This document shows positions 55,707 through 64,000 of a stretch of 64,000 nucleotides of DNA, piece after piece. Position 1 is the first letter of the stretch. The number at the start of each line of letters is the position of its first letter. This DNA is from the human T2T-CHM13v2.0 reference genome, Homo sapiens. Where the stretch lies: NCBI RefSeq assembly GCF_009914755.1, contig NC_060940.1, one strand, 5' to 3'. A model generated the notes under the pieces. That model was not told the DNA's origin and made no database searches. It saw only the letters and a program-made list of their open reading frames with translations. A program made the position numbers and the translations under genes.

Positions 55707-56025
<319 letters not shown>

Positions 56026-56918
56026 CTAGTTTATGCTACTGTGGACTGCTTTCTCCTAAGGTAGTGGGAGCTGTGATTGAGTCAATGCATAAATTCCAGA
56101 CCAAAGAAATAGAACAGTTCTGCAGCAAAGCAAACCAAAAGAACAACAGGAAGTCCTGTGTGAATGGAACCCAGAGCAAGCAGACCCTAATGCTGTGAGA
56201 CTAGAGAGTGAATGGGTTTTCCAAAGCCTGCTAAAAAAGCTAATATTTGAATTCTTTCCAAATGTTCTAAAATATTTTAAGCAAGAATGTCTTATCTGAT
56301 TCAGGGAAGGCTCCTGAGTGGACAGAAATGATCCTTATATGATAGAAAAGTAATCCAATTTGGTTGGCCCAAAAACTATATCAGATTTAGACATGGATGG
56401 AGTTGGAGAATTTTCTCTCCAGGATATGAGTCCATCAGAGAACGAGCATTTGTGCTCTAAACATCTTTAGTGGCGTGAACCTGAATCCAGAATCTTGTCA
56501 CATAGCCAGAATTTGTTCATGAAAACTGCAAAACAGGACAGTAAGAGACTGAAGGCAACTCAATGCACACTTAAATCAACAGTACTTTGAACAATCCAAG
56601 AATGAGCAAGCTGGAGGAAGAGACCCTTACTGATTTCACAAAATTCTATTCAAATTGTGTCTCTGGGTGTAAGAGACAGAGACAGAGAAGGAGACAAAGA
56701 TAGAGACAGAGATTCAAAGAAAGAGAGTCTGATTGACTTTGTAAAGGGACTTATTGACTTACAGGTATAAACGGAATGTCCACAGTAAATGAATGGGTTT
56801 TGGATTTCCTGTAAAATGTTATTTTCAAGCTAATAATTTATGAAAATATTTCTATATTTGTCAGATAAAATTAAAAGGTAAATCTTAGGCTATAATATTG
56901 GCCGTAGTAATATTATAT

Positions 56919-56951
56919 TGGGATTACAGGCATGAGCCACCATATCTGGCC
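56919..56951 (-). mobile_element. Orphan Alu 5'-end fragment
   Basis: tgggattacaggcatgagccaccatatctggcc only. Confidence 0.8.
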
Positions 56952-57999
56952 ACTATAATAGATTTCTGACTCTAAAAAGTCCTTGGCTGTACTGATTGAG
57001 CCTCCTCCCCAATCTTACAGGTGAAGGAACTAAAGCACAGAGAGGGTGAGAAAAGTGCCCAAAAACACACAGCAAATTTGGGACTGGGCTCCAGTTCTCT
57101 CCAGGGGTTTTCCACATCCCAAGATCTGGGATGTGGAGTCAAAGGGAGTCAAAGTCTCTATAGAAATGAAAGGTTTTACTTAGGAAAGGTCTCACTTCTG
57201 ACACATAACAAATATGAATAAAAAATTTTATAATTCCTGAAAATTTTTTATGAACTGGTTGAACTCTATTTGTGTTCATCCATCACTTTGCCTATTTTAT
57301 TTGCTGTTAGTTTAAGGGAATACAATGTTCAGAAGTTAGATGGTTGTATAGAAATATTAGCATACATCCATGGAGCAAAAGATTAATCTATCAGCCATTT
57401 CAATTTCAGAATTAGCCATTATTTTTCTAACTGGAGGTACATGGTTTGAACCAACAAATCACTGCCTTCTCTAATGTGCTTTGCCTGAAAGTTGTATGTT
57501 GTGTCTTCCAAAGGGTGGGTGGGAGAATTAAAGATTTAGATGGAAGAACATTTTGGCTCATATACATAGCAGTAAGTAATGTTAAATCATAAGTAAACTA
57601 TTTTCATTTCAATTATATTTTTCTCTTGATTAGGAGATTGTGTCAATGATAACAATATCTTTAACACCTAACATTTAAAAAATTACCCTTATATAAGCCT
57701 ATATCTTGACAAGTGTCAAGTTTAGAGCTTGCCCATAGTCAACAATATCCTATCAAAATGAAATCTAATTGTTTTAATGTATTGCATTAATATTTATGTG
57801 ATATCTCTATTTCTGGCAAATATTATTAATTTTACATCTTTGGTAGTAACATAGCATTCAAAATTAATTTTAACTTAAATGAGTTTATTAAATAATTTAG
57901 ATAAATGATATTATAGTATGTGGTTAGTAGATGTAAAGAGGTAATAAAGGTTGAAAAAAATTGTTTTAATAGAGAAAAATATGACCTTTGGAATTTTAA

Positions 58000-58135
58000 A
58001 CTGATTTCATTACTTACTCATTATGTGACCTGGGCAAGTCACTTAACCTTTCTGAGTCTCAGTTTCCATTTCTGTATTATGAGAATTATAATGATTCTGA
58101 CCTCATGAGTTCATTATAACATTAAATAAGTCTAG
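58000..58135 (+). mobile_element. MIR
   Basis: tgtgacctgggcaagtcacttaacctttctgagtctcagtttcc. Confidence 0.85.
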
Positions 58136-60970
58136 CATATAATCAAAACCCAGCAAAGGTTATTATAGTTGAACACAAAGAGATAATAAAATTATAGAAG
58201 TAACATAGCCTACATAATGAAAGATGAAAAACAGAAGTGAATCCTTTGGCCTTATCCAAGGCACACAATACAAAAGAGGAAAATATTTTGGAAATAAACA
58301 GAGTCAGCACCAGATGCAACACAATTAAACTGAACAGTCCCTCGTGTTTACAAGAAAATCCTCACTCACAATTACCCAAACAAATCTATTCACTTAGAAA
58401 CCCAGAGGGCTTCAAACCAAAGCACATATCTCTTTAGGGCCTCTTAAACTATTTTTATTGCTATCTAAATTTTATACACCAGCAACACCAGTAATACACA
58501 TTAGTAAGAATGCTATTAGAAGTTCAGATTGTTCCTACAATCTATCAACCACTCCATTTAATTCAGTTCCGTTTGATTCATTCCAGCAACCACATGGGTG
58601 GTGATGTACACTATATACTGTGTGAGATAGTAAAGGAAGACCAAAGAGGATTTTCATAGCTCATGTCTTCACAGACCTTTGTTTTTTCCAGCATTCTTTA
58701 TTTGGTTAAGTTCTAAACATTCTATGGTAAAGAGAATCCTACTTAATATACACAGTCACTTAATTCCTCAATATTTCATTGAATGGATTAACAAACAATT
58801 GTGTTTTTAATAAATAGTAGATGCAAAATAATTTGTGGCAGATTGGAAGGCACTGGGATGAAATGATGAAGGAGTTAGATTTTGGAAAGAAATCAGTGGT
58901 TCCTTTCAAAAGTACAAATACTGTGTCATGGAATCAAAGGTGAGTGAGGGATTCATTCCTATCTTTCCAGCACACATCACTGTCAGATGGCCAGTGCCTG
59001 TCCTTCTGGGTCTGGCTTCATTCTCTGATGGAGAATCCTTCTGGACAAAGTCTGAGCTAAGTCTTGGGCTTGAGTTGAATAAAATATACATTTTATTAAA
59101 TATTTGCTTTATGAATTAGACATAGAGCTGATCATCTTATCTTGGTACAGAGTAAGAAGACAACTCCATCTGCCACGTTATGTAAAGCAGGCATCAGCCT
59201 TTATGCTCAGCCATGGACAGAACAAGGGAAGCTTTAGGGCATCAAGACAAAGAGAGGGGTTTGGGACTAGGGTGATATTATACATAATGTTGTACCTTGA
59301 ATATGGTGGCAAGATATTATCTTCATTGCTAAATACCAGAAATATTTTACTTTCTATTCTTGACCTCATACTAAACAGTGATTTTCCAGATATATCTTCA
59401 TTATCTTTAAAATTAATTGGTCCAGAATAACTAATTCTTAGTAAATTTTTAAAATTTGTTCTCTTTGGATTAAAGTGATGAGTTTTCTTTTACATAAAAG
59501 CAAAATTTTTTTTTCCCCAAAACATCTCAAGTGTTACTTTCTCCTCTCCATCCTATTGCCACTAATTAAAAAAGCTGTTACTAATATCTGGCTTGCATGC
59601 TTGTAATAGCTTCCTGAATGGTTTCCCCCAATCCACTGCCAATTATGCTTATCTTTCTAAAACTCAACTCTTTTTTTGGCCATTCCCTACCTAAAAATTC
59701 ATCAATATAACCTGATTTTCTTTATAAAATAGTCAATTACTTTACTGATGGCATTTAAAGCCATCTATAATCTAATATTATTTTGCTTTTCTGCATTTAT
59801 CCCAAAATATCTTGATTATGTTTACCTCCTTCTTTTCCATGGGTTACTTTTGGAAGATAATTTCCATATAGGTTGTTTCATAATATAATTTAACATAATC
59901 ACAAAATACTAAATATAAAGCTGCAAGGGAGGGTTGACTGTATCTATATCTATCTATGTAAATATCTCAATATAAATATTATATAAAATCCTGAATATTT
60001 ATAAAACAGCTGTATGATGCACAGTTTTAATCCATAAAACTTTCCAATCAATGCAGAGACAATAGAATTCAGAATTGTCCAGAGGACACGTTGAATCTTC
60101 CTGCAAATTCCTTTTCCAAACTTGCTTTTCCTCTCTGCCTAGACAGTCAAATAATTCTCTGTATTTATAGGACACTTGTGAAGCACTTAAAACAGAACAG
60201 TATGTAAATTCACACTAAATAATGCAAAATGCTACAGGAATCTGTTTTCCAACTTGCTGCAGCCATCATCACATACAAGGAAAAAGAGAAGGACAACTAG
60301 AAGTAAAAAGCAGCTGTATGTTTTTTAAAAGCTACAATAGAATAGTGTGCATTTTTAATGTTCTAGACCTACACACCATAGCTAGAGGCTGTATTTATTT
60401 CATTAAACGCATTTTTGTCTATAGGGAGGGCAAGTTCAAGTTTTAGAGGAAGAATAATATGTTTAATGGATTCTTGATTAATATGCTTTTTATGAAAATG
60501 TAGGAAACAACTACATATTTTAATAACATGTGTTGATCAAAATAAGTTATTGATCTATAACTTGATAACGGCTTATGAATAGTTCTTTGGTACTATTGAT
60601 ACTTTGGTACTATTAAAACCTGACCTCTCACCTTTGCTTTGGAGACCCTTCTCAAAAATTATAAGTCCTTCCTAAAAAAAAAAGGAATATAAGGAATATA
60701 GTTGTTAATGGTTCACTCATTCACAGAAGGAATACTTATTGAGTATCTTTAGGATGTAGGGTAAGTAAAACTGAACACATTCTCTGATTCTCAATGTATA
60801 AAAAACTAATAGCAGTGCTATAGATGAGAGAAAGGTGGTTCTATGAGAACATATGCCAATAATACCCATTTGACACTAGTGGTTAAGGACAGCCTCCTCC
60901 AGAAAGTAACACTTTGGCTGAGATCTGAAAGGTGGGCAGGAGTTAATATGGAGAAGGGGGTTAAGGATAG

Positions 60971-61507
60971 TATGGTTTACGGAATAACAGTCCCTCCGTG
61001 TGGTCACATACTGATCCCTAGAACCTATAAATACATTACAGACTTGACAAAGAGGACTTTGCTAATGTGATTAAGATAAGGAGTTTGGGATGGTGGAATG
61101 TTCCTGGATTAGCAAGATGGGTCTAATGTAATCACAAGGTTTCTAACAAGAATAGTGAGGGGGATCAAAGTCAGAGACAGCAATGGGGCAATAAAAGCAG
61201 AGGGAGAGAAGGTAGTGTGATGCTAGAAGCAGACGTGGATAAAGCCATGTGATGAGGGAAGCACAATGATGTGACTGCTGGTACTCAGGAAGGAGAAGGA
61301 CCATGAGCCAAGGAATGTAGGGAGCCTCTGGAGGCTGAGAAGTCAAGAAAAAAATTCTTCTCCAGGGGCTCCGGAAAGGATATGGCCCTGCCATTCCTTA
61401 GATGTCTGGTACTTCTGACCTCCAGAAATGTAAAATAACAAATGTATCCCATTTTAAGCCATCAGGTTTGTGGTAATTTGTTAAAACAATAATAGGAAGT
61501 TAATATA
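60971..61507 (+). mobile_element. MLT1D-like MaLR solo LTR inside an antisense L2
   Basis: ggactttgctaatgtgattaag...gagccaaggaatg...acttctgacctccaga...gtggtaatttgtt; flanks gatag/gatgg. Confidence 0.88.
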
Positions 61508-62444
61508 GATGGCTTCTTTATAAAAGGGGGGAAGAATATTCAGGCAAAGAGAACTCTTTGTGTGAGATAGAGTTTGCATATTTGAGGAATTGAAAAAAGG
61601 GCTGATATTTCTGAAGCACAGAATTTAAGGACCAAAGGAAACTTAAAAAGTCAAAACTGTACAAGGTATTCAAAACCATCTATTTCAAAACCTCATTTTA
61701 TGAATGAAGATAAAATATGGTTTACTTAAGATCATGGAATCTATTAGTAAAAGAATCTTACAAATTTCAAGATGTAAGAAAATCCACATTTGATCAGAAT
61801 GCAACTCATTTATCCATTCAATCATTTACAAATATTTATTGACTGCTGTGTAGCAGATCAGGGCACAGTGGCTGAGGACATATAGAATCAGGAAGAAATA
61901 AAGCATAGCCACTGACTTGCTGTGTTCCTGTCCTTGTAATATCCATGTACTTCTCTGTCACCTTCACTATAGGGTAAGCTCCTTGAAGGCAAATGCTGTT
62001 TTAGTTTAAGCACGGTATATTTATGTGAGGCCGCTAATAGAATATTTGGGAACATGGATTTACTTTGAGTATGCACCAGCCTGTGTGGGGACATGAGCTC
62101 CAGAAGCTACATTAGGAATATAATGCGGTGATAACAACAAGCTTAAACATGCATTATACCATTTAATCCACACAATTTCCCCACAAGGAGGGTGCATTTC
62201 AAAATGTATATATTTCCATGGCATAGTCTTGAATCCCCACTGCCTGTTTTAGCTGTGACGCAAACTTAGGACCCTGTGACTCCTGTTTTCTCCTAAGTAA
62301 AGTATGTATATTAATAGTAACTGTCAGAGTAGTGGTAAGGATGGAATAAATGTATATGTGTTAAATATATGTAAATTACCTAGCAATCTGACAAATAGTA
62401 GGAATTCAACATTTATTGAGTGAATAAAATAATGAATGAATGAA

Positions 62445-62446
<2 letters not shown>

Positions 62447-62475
<29 letters not shown>
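62447..62475. repeat. (TG)n microsatellite
   Basis: Direct reading. Confidence 0.95.
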
Positions 62476-63589
62476 ATCTTGTAGATGTAAGTGAGAGCTC
62501 CTGTGAGCCTATTGAAACACAGCAGACATGAATTGGGGATCAATTTGTGCACCAGGCAGTCAGAAGTCCTGGCCTGGTGCAGGTGCCAGTTCCAAGCCTG
62601 GCTCAGTCTATATCTATACGAGATGATGCTAACCTCTATGAACCTCATTTCTTCATCTGAAAAATGAAGATATCAATCTGTGCTGTGATCTCTGTTTGAA
62701 TTATTTCAAGGATTGAGTGACATGGCTGCAATTTCTCTAATTTCCATACCACCACAACCTTAATAAAGTGAATAGAATTCTCATGAACATTATTATTAAT
62801 GTAGTTGCGATTTTTAAGAAACATTGCATTTGACTGCATTATTTTACCAAAGCTTTAGCTTACCAGTTTAGATATTGTTCCCTCTTTGTTCATAAACTGT
62901 TATTAAGACTCTCTATGTTCACCATGAATAATGGCCCCACCCATAGAGAAGTGAAAACACATTTGTTTTACTCAGAAAACTCTGAGTCATACACTGTGAG
63001 GTTGTGTATTGTGTATAAACTATTATTTTCCATTTCTACAGCACCAGTCTCTTCTGTTGATATTTCTAACCACATCTGTAGATATCATTTTTAAGGTCTT
63101 TAGGACTGACACACAATGGGACCTTTTCAAGAAAAGACACCTCTTGCCTACAATTTCTTCTTCTTGTTTGTTGGGAGCTTCAAGTGTTGACATCTGAGAG
63201 CTGAAACATGCACTTAGGGAGGTTGTGACTATGCCTTTCAATCTTGCTCATGAGAATGTAAAGGTAGATGGCATAAATCTCTGGTATCTGAATTGTATTT
63301 CATAGCATCTGTACTTTGTCAACTGCAAACAAGATGAGGTGGAGAAAAATGCCAGCATTTGAAAGAAAGAAGAAACCTATTCATTTCAGGGTTTTAAAAT
63401 TAATAGATTTTGGACATGGGGCAAATAATTTCTTCTCACTGGGCATTGATATTATCATTTGTTCAGTATAATATTGGAAAGACCCATAAAAATTGCCAGG
63501 TTTATAACCTAATAATCTGTGCCTATGATTCTAGTTCATTGCAGTGGGAAACCTGTTGATGTATGAATAAAAACCTGAACAATGTAGTC

Positions 63590-63780
63590 TGCTGGATTAG
63601 CGCACCAATCCCAAATTTGCCACTTTCTAGTTGTAAAATTTAGAATATGATGCCACATTTATCTGCAGATTAAAACGTTGCGGCTTTAAGTGGAGACAAT
63701 TTACCCATCTCACACGACTTTTCAGAGGATTAAATGAAAAATAATATGTCAAATGAATAGCACAGGAATCTGGCAGGATG
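63590..63780 (+). mobile_element. MIR
   Basis: aatcccaaatttgccactttctagttg...gaggattaaatga...atagcacagg. Confidence 0.5.
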
Positions 63781-64000
63781 GCAGACTAAGTTAACCTAAA
63801 TCACTCCAGAAATAAATCTTTAGCCATGGTAGATGATATGTAACAACAATAAAAAATATGAATGCATAGCTGAGTTCAATAGGAAATTAAATCCTCAGGA
63901 GGTAAGAAGTAAAAACGGAACTTGAAGAAATGTATTACCCTCATGAATTAGCATTACAGCTACCCTTGGAGTGGGCTATCAATATGAAAAATAAAAAGGA

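Overview
This is AT-rich, CpG-depleted primate (very probably human) DNA from a gene desert or deep intron. I find no credible protein-coding gene, RNA gene, CpG island or CRISPR-like array; the ORF track is Alu, L1, LTR or random sequence. Much of the window is interspersed repeat: Alu (FAM, J, S, Y), L1 (L1M fragments and L1PA copies, one 4.6 kb), MIR, L2, MER5/MER20, MaLR LTRs and ERV1/ERVL solo LTRs. Subfamily names are recalled from consensus sequences, not computed, and boundaries of old repeats are approximate. The most unusual structure is a ~410 bp inverted duplication (31549-31961 vs 32875-33292, ~0.9 kb spacer). It copies the 5' part of a MER41 LTR plus its flank and has a sharp identity step (~98% vs ~89%), suggesting gene conversion and a possibly recurrent inversion. 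The intact MER41 keeps tandem STAT GAS motifs. Secondary signals are candidate conserved non-coding elements, fold-back micro-palindromes at rearrangement scars, a twin-priming-type inverted ancient L1, a Z-DNA/palindromic microsatellite and an inverted Alu pair. I found no evidence for a new gene-encoded system.
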